From positions 37,076,001 to 37,140,000 of the forward strand of contig OX597840.1 of assembly GCA_951406725.2 (NCBI GenBank): a stretch of 64,000 nt of DNA, read 5' to 3'. The position numbers and the translations under genes were made by a program. Below, piece after piece: positions 1-13,482 of this stretch (within the stretch, counting starts at the first letter, position 1; each line of letters opens with the position of its first letter). The notes under the pieces were generated by a model. The model saw only the letters and a list, made by a program, of their open reading frames with translations, was not told the DNA's origin and made no database searches. This DNA is from Octopus vulgaris (lineage: Eukaryota).

Positions 1-1655
1 ATAGCTCTGTGCCATTTAGCAGTCTACTTTATGCTTTCTTGTGAGGAAATACCGTAGTGTTATGGTGTTCTTGCAGAATATCCACGTTAAGTTGGACATA
101 CAGATTGTTATTCCGCATTAATATTGCCTGCGTCGCTAATAACTAATATACGTGTGTATGTGTGTGTGCATGTGTGTGTGTATGCATGTGTATGTGACTG
201 TGGTACTAGAACACCTAAACTGCTAGAACAAGAGCTAAAAAGCTCTAGTTCTGTAGTTAAAGCACATCATTTTATACGAAGGTATACAGTTATGCGCTAT
301 TTCTAGCAATGTAGCTGTTCTAACCCCGTAGTCGTCTTTAGTGACTATTGTACTGTTGCATTTTGGTAAAACATCGCACACGGCTGTCTCATAGAGAAAA
401 CGAATAATTTGCTGCTTGAAGGAAATTTTACCGTTATTTGTCCTGAGCTGGTCAAGAGATTGCTTCCATTATTTGCACGTTTAGAGCGAATGGTTGTTTT
501 AGTAGTTGAGCCTGTCTGATTGTAAAGTTGAGGATCCTAACAGATCCTAACGATTCTAACTGAGGCAATGATTATGTCGACGGTTTTGATTATGTTGGTG
601 GTGTTGACCGTGATAAAGATCAACAAAGTGGTTCCTGTTGTTAGAAGCAGTCAACGAGGGAATCTCTACGAAAGGCAAGGGAAATTGTTTTCGAGAAGCG
701 GACCGCATGAGACATGGTTCATCATTAGAGAGACCGCAACGACTGAAAAATTGCAAGGTCTTTTTTGATTGGGATTGCAAATCATAAAATCCTGCGGGTT
801 ACGGATTGACTTTGATTGCACAAATAGGTCCCTTGAGAAACTAAAAAGAACAGAGGAATATTTCTCACCATCACACCGAAAAATCAAGGGCTGAAGTTTC
901 ATTTGAACATGTAGTTCATGATGCATAAGATCTAGGATGATCATGGCACGTGTTTACAAATCTACCTCCTCACAGAATACCTGGGGTTAAAGAACAACAA
1001 AAACAACACTATCGATTCGATGATATAGTTGTAGGTAGAGTATGTTTTTAATAGAAGACTGTAGATGTTAGGGATGGAATAAATTCCATAATAGACTAGC
1101 CAAGTCGAACACTGACTGGAGGCTGGACAGTTTCTTCATCACCACAGTCAAACTTTGAGCAAAGTAGTGCAACATTAACAGGAAGTAAAATGATTCGCAA
1201 GAAATAGCAGACAAAGATATATCAAACCATATAACTAATGTCTCAAAAACTAAGAACCATTTCATGTATGTAGTCCTAGATACATTATGTCTGAAACTAA
1301 TAAATGCAAAATGGTTATATTTTGAATGGTTCGATCAATTCTCACTTCAGGCAAAACAACAACAACAGCACGAACAACAACGGAATCAGCAGCGGCCGCA
1401 CGGTGGAATCAGCTTTGGTGTTCTAATTTATGAAAACACAGGTGCCGAAATGGTTAGAGTGCCTGATATTTCTCAGAACTCATTTAGGACTAATGGAATA
1501 TAGTATCAGCAGCGAAAATATGACTGAATAAAAGAATATATGAGCATGCACGCGCGCGATATATATATATATAGTTTTTTTTTTTGCTGCTTGTGACTAC
1601 ATGTAACTATATAGTCACATGTATACGGAGCTGTACAATAAGCACTCACGTATGC

Positions 1656-1696
<41 letters not shown>

Positions 1697-1819
1697 AAAT
1701 CAACGCCTGTTGCTCTACTTCCGAGACATAGTTTTCTTTCGAGTTCCAAACATACGCAAACATACACATCACACCATACATATTTACGTGTGAGTCATGT
1801 GTACATGAATGTACATTTA

Positions 1820-1972
1820 AATATATATATATATACACATACATACATATATATACATATATATATACATGCATATACATATATATACACATGCATATAC
1901 ATATATATACACATGCATATATATATATATACATACATATATATATATACATACATACATATATATACATAC

Positions 1973-2006
<34 letters not shown>

Positions 2007-2196
2007 ATACATACATATATATATATATACATACATATATATATATATACATACATATATATATATATACATACATATATATAAACATGCATACATATAT
2101 ATAAACATGCATACATATACACATGCATACATATACACATGCATACATATATATATATACATACATATATATATATATACACCTGCAAACATATAT

Positions 2197-2235
<39 letters not shown>

Positions 2236-2340
2236 TGCACACACACATATATATGAATATATATGCATATATATATGTATGTATATTTATCTATATATAT
2301 ATATATATCTATCCACACACACACACACATACATACACAC
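1820..2340. repeat. Compound (TA)n/(TACA)n/(CA)n microsatellite tract
   Basis: Read directly; produces the YI/IY/HT low-complexity ORFs. Confidence 0.95.
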
Positions 2341-2754
2341 AGACATATTCGATGTATACGAACACCTAGAACGCAGAAGTGGATACGATGGCAATTGTGA
2401 CATTTCCCAATTCCATTAATAGCGTAAATGAATTGAGTTGATATCGTGATGAAGGAATTGAAACACCTATCCACACAGTATGAAGATTACCTCTAGCTCT
2501 ACACATCTCATCATATCTCTTTTTTTCTCTTTTCTTTTTCCTTCAGTTTTTTTTTTATTCATTCAATACACAAAGAGACAAGCAGCAGTATACATCGATC
2601 CTGTTGGCCATTTCTGCTTAGAAAATGCTTCTGTATACGGGGCAGCCGAGCAGACAATGCGTATAACCTACTTGGTCCCAACGGAAATAAATAACCATTA
2701 TTTTACGTTAATATATATAGTTTTTTTCCTGATAGTTTATACATAAAAGCATCA

Positions 2755-3336
<582 letters not shown>

Positions 3337-3859
3337 TATAAAATAGACACAGTGAGTCTTGTACGTCCGTCCCCCACATTCTCCTCTTCATTATTTAGCT
3401 GTATCGATTCCCCAACCAAACCTAATATAATCAGCCACCCATGTCATCGGATATTTCATTTTCTTTTCTTCCATTGATGCTACACACTAGAAGGGATGGC
3501 ATTTCTAGAGAATAGCTGCTCTAAATATGCACCAGTTATCATAACACTTCCTCACATTTTGACATCATCGCTGTTTTGCTATAGAAGGATTTTTTTGCTT
3601 TGGTATTATTTTTTTATATATTTTTTTTGAGAAAGTAATATAACAATCTAAGCTTTCGCTGCCATATTTTTGTAGTTTTTTTTCTTCTTTTAAGCGTGTG
3701 AGTCTGTTTGAGTGAAAATGACAGCGGAACGAATGACAAGGGAGACAAAGCAGTTATTAGAGGACAGCCATACAGAACTCTAGTATACTGAGATACATTG
3801 GTATATACATGCATATACGAACGTGAGTGTGTGTGTGTGTGAGTGTGTGTGTATTTACA

Positions 3860-4590
3860 TGTATATATATATGTTTGTATATATATATATATGCATGATT
3901 GTATATATATATGTATATAAATATATATATATGCATGTTTATATATATATTTATATAAATATCTATGTATGCATGATTGTATATATATGTATATAAATAT
4001 ATATATATGCATGTTTATATATATATTTATATAAATATCTATGTAGGCATGTTTATATATATATATATATATATGTATATAAATATATATATATATGCAT
4101 GTATATATATATATATATTTATGTAAATATATATATATGCATGTTTGTATATATATATTTATGTAAATATATATATATGCATGTTTGTATATCTATATAT
4201 ATCTATATATATATATAAATGCATGTTTATATATATATATTTATGTAAATATATATATATGCATGTTTGTATCTCTCTATATATCTATATATATATAAAT
4301 GCATGTATATATATATATATATATTTATGTAAATATATATATATGCATGTTTGTATATCTATATATATCTATATATATATAAATATACGAATGTTTGCAT
4401 ATATATAAGCATATATATATACATATGCATGTTTGTATGTATATATATATATATATATATACATATGCATGTTTGTATGTTATATATATATATATATATA
4501 TACATATGCATGTTTGTATGTATATATATATATATATATATACATATGCATGTTTGTATGTATATATATATATATATATATGCATGTTTG

Positions 4591-4682
<92 letters not shown>
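3860..4682. repeat. Minisatellite of GCATGTTTG seeds separated by variable (TA)n
   Basis: GCATG(T/A)TT(G)TAT recurs more than 12 times between (TA)n runs. Confidence 0.9.
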
Positions 4683-4686
<4 letters not shown>

Positions 4687-4868
4687 CTTTATTTAAAGCA
4701 GCAGAAAATACAACAAAACCTGTTACTCTGAGTTTCCCGTTGCCGTTCATCGGACAGTTTTTGCTAGAATCTAGCAAATTTTCTGCTGCTTTAAATAAAG
4801 CATATTACTCTACCACTGGTATTTGAGTACTCTTTTTTCCACCTTGCTTCACATTTATGTGTTTACTC

Positions 4869-4870
<2 letters not shown>
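4687..4870 (-). mobile_element. Short Penelope-like/retrozyme-like repeat with 23-bp inverted repeats, between (TA)n tracts
   Basis: CTTTATTTAAAGCAGCAGAAAAT (4687-4709) pairs perfectly with 4778-4800 and encloses a hammerhead fold. Confidence 0.6.
4715..4762 (-). ncRNA. Minimal type I hammerhead ribozyme-like motif (CCGAUGA core variant)
   Basis: Minus strand: aaaaactgt-CCGATGA-acg gcaa cgg-GAAA-ctc a gag-TA-acaggtttt. Stem I is 8/9 bp, stem II has a GCAA loop, stem III is near-palindromic, site is GUA. Confidence 0.55.
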
Positions 4871-4911
<41 letters not shown>

Positions 4912-4912
<1 letters not shown>

Positions 4913-5067
4913 TCGTTCAGTATCAGTCTACCATATTCATCCACAAGGTTTTGGTAGGCCTTAAAACTATAGTAGAAGACACTTGCACAAGGTACGATGC
5001 TGTCAGACTAAACTTAGTACCATGTTGTTGGTAGCAGACTTCTTACCACACAGCCATAACTTTGCCC
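4912..5067 (-). mobile_element. tRNA-derived SINE family A, 5' half only
   Basis: Reverse complement matches the head of the copies at 6219 and 7112 (ggctgtgtggtaag...tcttctactatag). Confidence 0.75.
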
Positions 5068-5229
5068 CACATATATATATATACATATGTGTGTGTGTGC
5101 GTGTGTGTGGGTGCGTGTGTGTATGTACGTATGTATATGTATAGTATATATACTGCATCTATGCATCTATCTATATATAATCTCTACATATATTTGATAT
5201 AAAACGTATCACGCCCATTCCGACTCTGC

Positions 5230-5641
5230 CTATATCATGTTGCTCTTTAAGCACATTTCTGATTAGCCTAATACTTCATTCCTGATAATTTCGTTAAAGT
5301 ATTAGTTCAAATTAATTTGGATTAATTTAATTGAAATAGGTCTCACAGTTATGCAGTTGTAGAATTGGTGTTATTTAACTTAATGTTGTAGTTACTGAGT
5401 GCAATGTAAATATGAACTTTATGAGACATTTATGCTTTTCTGCTGTTGCACTTTAATTATAAGTGCTTTTCAAACTTTTTGCTGGAGCGGAACCCCCAGG
5501 AAACATTCCACTGGCTCGGGGAAGCCATGTGCAATAATTTAATAGTCTTATGCACACATATCTGCCCAGGAGAATTAAAAATTACTACCTTCTTGCGGAA
5601 CCCCTGGACTGTACTGGCGGAACCCTGGTTGAAAACCACTA
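5230..5641. mobile_element. hAT (Charlie-like) DNA transposon terminal fragment
   Basis: Ends in GGAACCCTGGTTGAAAACCACT, a reverse AGTGGTTTTCAACC-type TIR, with subterminal GCGGAACCC repeats. A degenerate partner AGTGCTTTTCAA sits at 5462. No TSD seen. Confidence 0.6.
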
Positions 5642-5670
5642 TAACCGATGCAGTAGGTATATAAACATAC

Positions 5671-5699
<29 letters not shown>

Positions 5700-5701
<2 letters not shown>

Positions 5702-5977
5702 GAAAAGGACAAGGAAAATCCAAGGCAGCACGAGTATTTCAAGTCATTTATAATAATTTAATTAGGATAAGGTTAATTTGATGTCTAAACAGCTGTTTCT
5801 GGGATTTCCCAAGTGATAGACTAGCTTGTCCGGACACTGGGTATTCCGTCATCACTCAGCGTACAGACATGCTAGCTTATCCCTCGGGATAAGACTTCAA
5901 ATTAACCTTATCCTAATTAAATTATTATAAATGACTTGGGATACCCGTGCTGCCTTGGTTTTTCTTGTCCTTTTCCT
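5700..5977. repeat. Inverted repeat with ~86-bp arms enclosing a degenerate hammerhead-like motif (Penelope pLTR-like)
   Basis: 5700-5786 pairs with 5892-5977 with few mismatches. The minus-strand spacer reads gtGATGA...GAAACAGCTGTT. Confidence 0.8.
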
Positions 5978-6125
5978 ATAATATAAAACCTGCTAACAGA
6001 GAAGCCTAATACGGATCCCTAGCTCCAGCCTCAGCTGTTAAATTGGAATCTAAGGGATGAGCAATTATAGCATTTCCTCAGCGTACCTATTCGTTTAGAT
6101 CACCAGTGAACTAAACCCGTCCTAT

Positions 6126-6212
<87 letters not shown>

Positions 6213-6218
6213 CATGAA

Positions 6219-6612
6219 CAGGGTGGCTGTGTGGTAAGTAGTTTGCTTCCCAACCATATGGTCCCGGGTTCAGTCCCTCTACGTGGCACTTTGGGTGTCT
6301 TTTACTATAGCCTCCGGCCTACCAAAGACTTGTGAGTGGATTTGGTAGATGGAAACTGAAAGAAGCCCGTCGTATATATTTATATATGTATATGAGTCTT
6401 CTGTGTATGTTTGTGTGTCTGTGTTTATCCCCCCACCATCGCTTGACAACGGATGTTGGTGTGTTTACGTCTCCATAACTTATTGGTTCGGCAAAAACTC
6501 CGATAGAATAAGTACTAGGCTTACAAAGAATATTTTTTGGGGTCGATTTGTTCGACTAAAAGCGGTGCTCCAGCATTGCCGCAGTCAAATGACTGAAACA
6601 GAAGAATAAAAG
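6219..6612 (+). mobile_element. tRNA-derived SINE family A, full length
   Basis: A/B-box-like head (TGGCTGTGTGG...GGTTCAGTCC), internal (TA)/(TG) tract, tail GCAGTCAAATGACTGAAACA. Closely similar to the 7112, 27915 and 48763 copies. Confidence 0.9.
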
Positions 6613-6643
6613 TATATATATATATACATACATATACATGCAT

Positions 6644-6687
<44 letters not shown>

Positions 6688-7045
6688 TACATACATACAC
6701 AAACATTTACATGTGTAGTGACAGATGCCAAGCAAAAGATGATGAATGGACTGTAAGATTGAGTAGAGTATTCCACATCCACTCAGTGACTCTTATTCTC
6801 CGCTCCCCTCCCCATTACATACAGTAGCCAAGATCTTTTGTGGTTCGAGCGTGCTCTATTACATTATTACGAAGTTTAGTTATTCCCAAATGTAGGTCTC
6901 CTTAAATGTTCCATTTCTGCATTCATACTCGCCTGGATTCAAAATATTTATGGCATACAGAAAATATGTATATGATCTGCCAAACTGTAACACCTCAAAG
7001 ATTCAATAATATTATTTTCCTATATATATATATATATATATATAT

Positions 7046-7110
7046 GAGCTGGCAGAAACAGCGCGCCGGACGAAATGCTTACCAGTATTTCGCCTATGTG
7101 TATGTTTTGT
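7046..7110 (+). mobile_element. SINE family B head fragment abutting a family A copy
   Basis: GAGCTGGCAGAAAC...CCGGACGAAATGCTT matches the reverse complement of the family B ends near 13425-13480 and 55900-55990. Confidence 0.6.
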
Positions 7111-7111
7111 G

Positions 7112-7279
7112 GGGCAGGAGTGGTTGTGTGGTAAGTAGCTTGCTTACCAACTACATGGTTCCGGGTTCAATCCCACTGCCTGGCACCTTGGGCAAGTGTC
7201 TTCTAATATAGGCTCGGGCCGACCAAAAACTCGTGAGTGGATTAGGTATGCGGAATCTGAAAGGCGTCCGTCGTATGTA

Positions 7280-7311
<32 letters not shown>

Positions 7312-7546
7312 CATACACGTAGGTGTGTTTGTGTGTCTGTGTTTGTCACCCCAACATCGCTTGACAACCGATGCTGGTGTGTTTACGTCCCCGTAACTTA
7401 GCGGTTCGGCAAAAAGACCGTTAGAACAAGTACTAGGCTTACAAAGAATAAGTCCTGGGGTCGATTTGCTCGACTAAAGGCGGTGCTCCAGCATGGCCAC
7501 AGTCAAATGGCTGAAAAAAGGAAAAGAACAAAAGAGTAAAAGAGAA
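7112..7546 (+). mobile_element. tRNA-derived SINE family A, full length
   Basis: Same structure as the 6219 copy, including GTCCTTGGGCAAG-like CORE-type segment (ACCTTGGGCAAGTG) and (AAAAGAG)n tail. Confidence 0.9.
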
Positions 7547-7559
7547 TATGTATGTGTGT

Positions 7560-7598
<39 letters not shown>

Positions 7599-9386
7599 CT
7601 TGTGTGAGTGTACATTTCTGTGGATACTTATATGCTATCGTTTCTATTCTTCATTTAAAGCTTCGTTGATAAAATTTCCCTTTACTTTCAAATCTTAGAC
7701 ATTCTAAACATTTTAAGACAGTATGTGTATCGCAGTTATTTAGCTCGAGGTGTTTATTGCTCGAGCAGCAGATGACACGCAAGCGCATCCCTCATTTTAC
7801 CAAGAACCACTTCATATCTCACACATTTTGCACAACACACACATCGTTTATTTTAATTTTCAAACAGCATGCACTTCACACATCAAACACATTCCACATA
7901 AGAAGCACAGCTTCAGAACCTATATTTTTCACAAAACATGGATCGCGTCTTTCACAACAGCACACCTTCCTCTCGTATCCTCACACCTACATGTCATCCA
8001 CAGCACATAATTCATATCTCACAATACGCTATGACATTATACTAATCCGCTGTAAACATTTGACATTAGGCAAAAATAATCTGTTGCCCAGCTGTGCTCT
8101 CTTAGAGAACCATTAAGATCTTTTATTCCTCGTGGCTGCTCATTTATGCGAACCAATTTGAAGAATTTGCCTTCCTAAAAATCAACCTTAATTTTTTTTT
8201 CGAAAAAAAAAGAACCCCCAAAAACATGGAAACAAAAAATTAAAAATGAAAATAAATCGAACAAAGGAAAACAATATTTAAAAACAAAAACACCAAAGAA
8301 ATTAGAAAACAAGCAAAAACTAAGAAAGCACAAATCCAGAAAATTCTATGAATTTCAATTTTAATTAATTTTTTTATTAACATTATGGTGAAGTTTTGAG
8401 TTTCTTTTTAAATATTTCTTGTCAAGTTTTCCATTAGATTCTGTCAATTACAAAGTTGAATTTCATTCTTTACTCGATTTTCGATTTTTATTTTATTTTT
8501 TCTAAGTCGGGGGTGGGGGAGTAATTTTATTTTTAGCGATTCTTGCGTTATGTCACTTCGTTTTTAATTCATTGTGATTTTCGTTCCTAGTTTTGTAGCA
8601 TTTCTTTAGCTTAAACTTTAAACAATGGAATAATGATGATGAAAATAAAGTTGATGTATTTATTAATTATTTCGTCTTTGCAATTTAATAATAAAAATTG
8701 TTTCTTTTTAGTAAGGAAGAAATAATATTTAAAAAATTCCCTTATACGTCGTTTGTGACTTTCAAGTGTTTTAATGGATAACGTGTATTTCTCCTTCTGG
8801 AACAAATTATCTTAAATAATTGCAAGAACGATTATACGGGAAGTGGAATTGCTCCCCATCAAATCAATCATAAACGTTTTGGGTAACCCCTAAAGAATAG
8901 TCTAAACAACAATACAATTCTTCTTACAGGAGTGCAGAGAAGAGGAACTCGCCTAACCTATCTAATTACGTACAGCACTTGAAATAATGTGTAACTCCAC
9001 TTGACATTAAGTTGAAAAGACGCATAAAATACTGGCGATACAGAGTTGGCACAAAACATATATACGGGTTATTCATATGGGATAAAAGCCAAATGTTCAA
9101 CATCTATGAATAAATCCACATAATATATACATCCATGATCGGAGATATGTACCAAAAAGTACTAATTTAAAATAAAAAAGAAATATTGAGGCACTGGAAA
9201 TACTGATCCATTCAACGTGTGAGAGAATGCATCAATACCTACAATTTTACCGGAAGCAAAATCTCTTTTTCTCTCATCAGTATCAACCAATACAAGACGA
9301 TTCCGATCTATAATTTCTACCATTTCAAACGTCTTTTTCGGAACCAAACTATGTGATTTAACTATAAGTATATAATTTTCTAATCT

Positions 9387-9555
9387 AGGCACAAGGCCAG
9401 AAATTTTGGGGGAAGGGGCCAATCGATCAGATGGACCCCAGTACGCAACTAGTACTTACTTTTCGACCTCGGAAGGATGAAATGCAAAGCCGACCTCGGC
9501 GGAAGTTGAACTCAGAACGCAAAGACAAACGATATATAGCTAAGTATTTTGCTTG
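9387..9555 (-). mobile_element. tRNA-derived SINE family B
   Basis: AGGCACAAGGCC...GGAAGGATGAAA...CGACCTCGGCGGA..TTGAACTC is shared by about 10 copies in the window. The central segment resembles the Nin/Deu-type SINE domain. Confidence 0.85.
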
Positions 9556-9726
9556 ATAACTAAGTATATCAATACAGTACATATTCAATCCAAACGACAA
9601 TAACCCTTTCTTATATGTAGTGATTTACACTCTTTATCATATTTCAAAATCTAAAATGCAACGCATGACACCTTGCAAAAAAGAAATGAATTTCAAATAT
9701 TTCACTGGTGTTCGATTAGCTACATG

Positions 9727-10520
9727 TACAGAGTGTCCCAAAATTAAGGCAATCGAAGTTTCGGGCTTTAATAATTATCAACAGATGTGATAAGATATAA
9801 AACTTATACAACATTTTAAAAGCTTAGTGTGTCTTCTGTTTGTTTCAGACGAAACAAATTCAGATTTAAAAATTAGATGATGGCTATAGACCGAAATACA
9901 ATCACAACCCTCCACAAAGAAGGCAAAGCAATATAGCTATAGCAAAAAAGCTTAAGACTAACCGAACAACAGTCTGGAAAATGGTCAAAAAATTTCAAGA
10001 GACGGGTTCCATCGTTGATCGACCTGGACGTGTTGGAAAAAGAAGTGTGCAGACCCGGCAACCTATCAAAAGTAATAGAGAAAAGATACGGTGAAATCCA
10101 GGTCGTTCCGCCAGAAAACTGACTGACACAGCAAAAGTAAGTTGAACATCGATGTATCGAGTACTGAAGGAGGACTCACGACCCAGACCCGACAAGATGA
10201 TCCGCCGTCATGACCTCACGCGAGTTTATGCAGCCATGAGACTTGAGAGAATTTGTCTTCTCGTGTATCAGAGTGCTAAAGGCAAGCTTCTCAGTCTGAC
10301 GTTCACTGAAAAGATATTTGGCATGGAACAGACTGTAATAATTCAAAATAACAGAATTTGAAGTGTTTATGGCTCCGCCGAGGATAAATCGACATAACAA
10401 TCCATAGTGGGTTATGGTTTGGGCGGCTGTGACAGCCACTGGAAGGTCTCTCAGCCTTTTTGTGTCCTCGGGTGTTTAATTTTAACACCAGCGATACATA
10501 AGCGACGTTCTACAAGCCCA
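9727..10520 (+). pseudogene. Tc1/mariner DD37D (maT/Bmmar1-like) transposon relic: left TIR plus decayed transposase
   Basis: TA|CAGAGTGTCCCAAAA TIR. Translation MAIDRNTITTLHKEG/SNIAIAKKLKTNRTTVWKMVKKFQETGSIVDRPG (HTH), FT-EKIFGMEQ..QNNRI and VMVWAAVTATGRS, with stops and frameshifts. Confidence 0.85.
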
Positions 10521-11574
10521 ACTGATTCTAATCATTTTGGTGCCGCCAACTTAGAAACAACCGCAACACAGGTTCAGAATTCTATAGAATCAGGATTGAG
10601 CAGCGACGGAAAGAAAACAAGAACATTCTGAATCCTCTGTAGCAAATTAGGATATACTGGATAATGGTGTCCTGTAGGATAATGACGGCACATTAGATGC
10701 ATCAAAATACAAAATAGGTGAGGCTTGAGCAATCTTGCTCAAATGTATTCTGGCTCAGTCCTGATCTATAGTTAAAAGTCAGCACTGTATTTCTTCCGTA
10801 CGTTGTTTTCCTGAACAATGGCTCCGTTAAACGCCTCAGATCAATGTCTATCATACCAACAGAAAATTGCTTTGTGTTCAGCATTCAGTACACTCTGGTT
10901 CCTAATTCTCTTCCATTTTATTAATTTCTCTGAGCTTATTTTATTTTGCATTGCTAAAATGTGTTATAGAAAGCCATTAGAATTGAAGTTGGAAATAAAA
11001 GAAGTGAAGATAAAAGCAAAGCAAAACAGAATCCAGTAAAAGACATTTGCTCATTTCCATTCTTGATATTCTTTTGACGAAGAGATTTTAACTCTGAAAT
11101 ATTGAAATATAAAGTAAAACGTATAAACTCCTGTTTTCCTTTCGTTTTCAGTGTTACTTCTTTAATTCCACCATTGTACAAGCTTCCTAAAACAGATTTA
11201 ACAATTTTAATTCTATTACCGCCATGCTCCATTTTCTCTTGATAACGGGGTTTTAACCCCGAAATAATTAAATATAAGGTAAAAGTGCATTGTGTAGCTT
11301 TCTTTTGTTTCGCCTGTTTTCACACCTTTATTTCGAACGAGCATTGTGTTCGATTTCTAAACAACTTTAACAATTTAAACTCTATCTCTCAAGGCTTCCT
11401 ATAAACTATGCAACTCTATTATTTTTAACTGTTTTTGCAATCATGTCAGACAACTGAGTTATTATTTGCTCTCTGTTAACGTAGCGAACAATGCAGTCGA
11501 TTCTACGACTATAAATTTTCATTGCTTCTCCAGTGTAAACGTTCTCACCTTATCGAAGCACATAAAAGTGAAAC

Positions 11575-12400
11575 GAACCAGAAATAGCAGCCAAAGTCAT
11601 ACCTTGGCGTCGTACAAAAATGTTATGATTATGTTTGAAACGGTTTTGATTATAGGTTTGCTCAGTCAGGTATTACCTAGGACTAAACAACAACTTAAGC
11701 AACTACAACACATGGGAAATGAAGGGTCCCTGTAAGGGATCGCTCGATTTTTAAAGAGTTGTTGCGAAATCTTTCTTGGGAGCTACCTCACTCTCTTAAA
11801 ATTGTGAAGGACACAAGGGATAATGCACTCCCAGATACACAGCGCATTAAACAAAGAATCAGTTATTATTGCTGGAATATTATAGAACATAAGTCCGGAC
11901 TGTGATAACATGAGATTAAACCACAACACTGACTGAGACTCACTCACTTCACACCCTGGAGACAATTTAGCTATGAATATAAATAAATAGACCAAGAAGG
12001 TTACGGTTGGAACAACTTTGATCAGAAATTTGCTCATTCATGGTAGAACTGAGGTTTAACATCGCTAATAAAAACTGCAGCCAAGTATCCCGCAAATCCT
12101 ATACTACAATCTCTAAAAACAGAAGGTCTCATTGGATCTTATAATTCTGAATTCATAAAGATGAGTTGGTCACTCTTGGATTGACTGACCTAAATTTACT
12201 CTGGAAGCACTAGTCTCGAATTAAACAACAGTGAAAAACAATAGCCAGGAAATCCCTCTCAAACCACATCGTAAAATCTAAAAGCTGCAAGGAGACACCA
12301 GCCAACTATTTTTTGCTACGCAGGACGAGAGACACACAAGATTTTTAAATAATAGATTTACCTATTCAGTGCTGAGCAGGGTTTCAACTATAACAACAGT
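11575..12400 (+). mobile_element. Cluster of decayed copies of an old interspersed repeat (family D, CAA-rich tail)
   Basis: Recurring GAAATAGCAGCCAA...(GA)CCTRGGRCTAAACAACAAC. Related copies near 930-1010, 15640-15790, 23690-24090 and 25850-26030. Confidence 0.55.
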
Positions 12401-12519
12401 ATGATAGGTCTTATAATTCGGTTATGTGGCTTCAGTGGCTCTTTGTCTTTTGCGACATGCATCAGAGAAAAGTAACTGGACTCTAACGATTCATTTTTTT
12501 ATCTTTTACATGTTTTGCT

Positions 12520-12695
12520 CATTGGACAGCAGCCAGCTGGAGAACTGCCTTGAAGGATTTAATCGAACAAAGACACCACTACTTATTTTGAAATCTGATA
12601 CTTATTCTATCGACCTCATTTGGCGAACCACTATGTTACAGAGACTTAAACCAACATTGGTTGGCGAGAGTTGGTGGGGACAAAAACATACACAG
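12520..12695 (-). mobile_element. Older family A SINE, 3' half
   Basis: GCAGCCAGCTGGAGAACTGCC...TACTTATTCTATCG... matches the reversed family A tail. Similar relics at 18775-19165 and 52975-53138. Confidence 0.65.
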
Positions 12696-12731
12696 CAACA
12701 CGTAATCCTCAAACACACACAGGAATATAAT

Positions 12732-12929
12732 TACAAGGTAGGTACTGAAAAGATCCTGCTTTTAAGAGTTTCGCGAAAGACCTGGATGAAGGCCCAACCC
12801 AGTGTTTAGAAGAACCGCTGCAAAAAGATTATGAATCTGAGAGGAGAATATCTCGAATAAAATCATAATTAACTGAGCCTCCTGTATTTTCTTTTCCTAA
12901 ATCCAGGAACTTTTCAGCACACCCTCATA
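12732..12929 (+). mobile_element. Mariner-derived MITE
   Basis: TA-flanked imperfect TIRs (..CTGAAAAGATCCTG.. / ..CCAGGAACTTTTCAG..) around the transposase C-terminus NRCKKIMNLRGEYLE*. Confidence 0.8.
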
Positions 12930-13204
12930 TTCCCCCACCACACATATTTATTTAGGAATATACTCCGCAAAATTTATGTCTACAAAACTCACTCGGAAGG
13001 CGTTAGACTGCACAGAGCAAGAGTAGACAATTTTCAAGATGCTACCCAGTAGGACTGTACACGTGACCACGTTGTCGCTTCGTTTTGAGAGTAGGAAATC
13101 GGTTCAAAAGTAGAAAATATATACTTGCCGTACATCCATGTTGGTGTTTATATCATCTCAACAAAAAGCTGAATGCTTTGTTGTCATAAAGGCTTGTAAT
13201 ATTC

Positions 13205-13482
13205 TTTTCTATTCCAGGCACAACGCCCGAAATTTTGGGGGAGAGGCCAGTCGATTAGATAGACACCTGTACACAACCTGTACTTAACTTATCGACCCAT
13301 CAATCTCAGGGAATGGTGTTAGTCGTTTACAGCAACCCCAGTGATCAACTGGTACTTATTTCATCGACCCCCGCAAAGATGACTCGACCTCAGCGAAATT
13401 TGAACCCAGACCGTAAAGACGGACGAAATGCCGCTAATCATTTCGCCTGGCACTGTAGCCATTCTACCAGGTCGCCACCTTA
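13205..13482 (-). mobile_element. SINE family B with duplicated 3' part
   Basis: Two successive ...GTACTTA.TT.ATCGACCC segments, then a full tRNA-like head. Confidence 0.8.

Noticed and set aside
1506-2474. 322-aa ORF and the many other YI/CV/HT-rich ORFs
   Set aside because: Stop-free translations of (TA)n, (TG)n and (CA)n repeats, not proteins.
6219-6290. tRNA gene
   Set aside because: The A/B boxes belong to SINE heads that run on into SINE bodies; I could not build a full cloverleaf.
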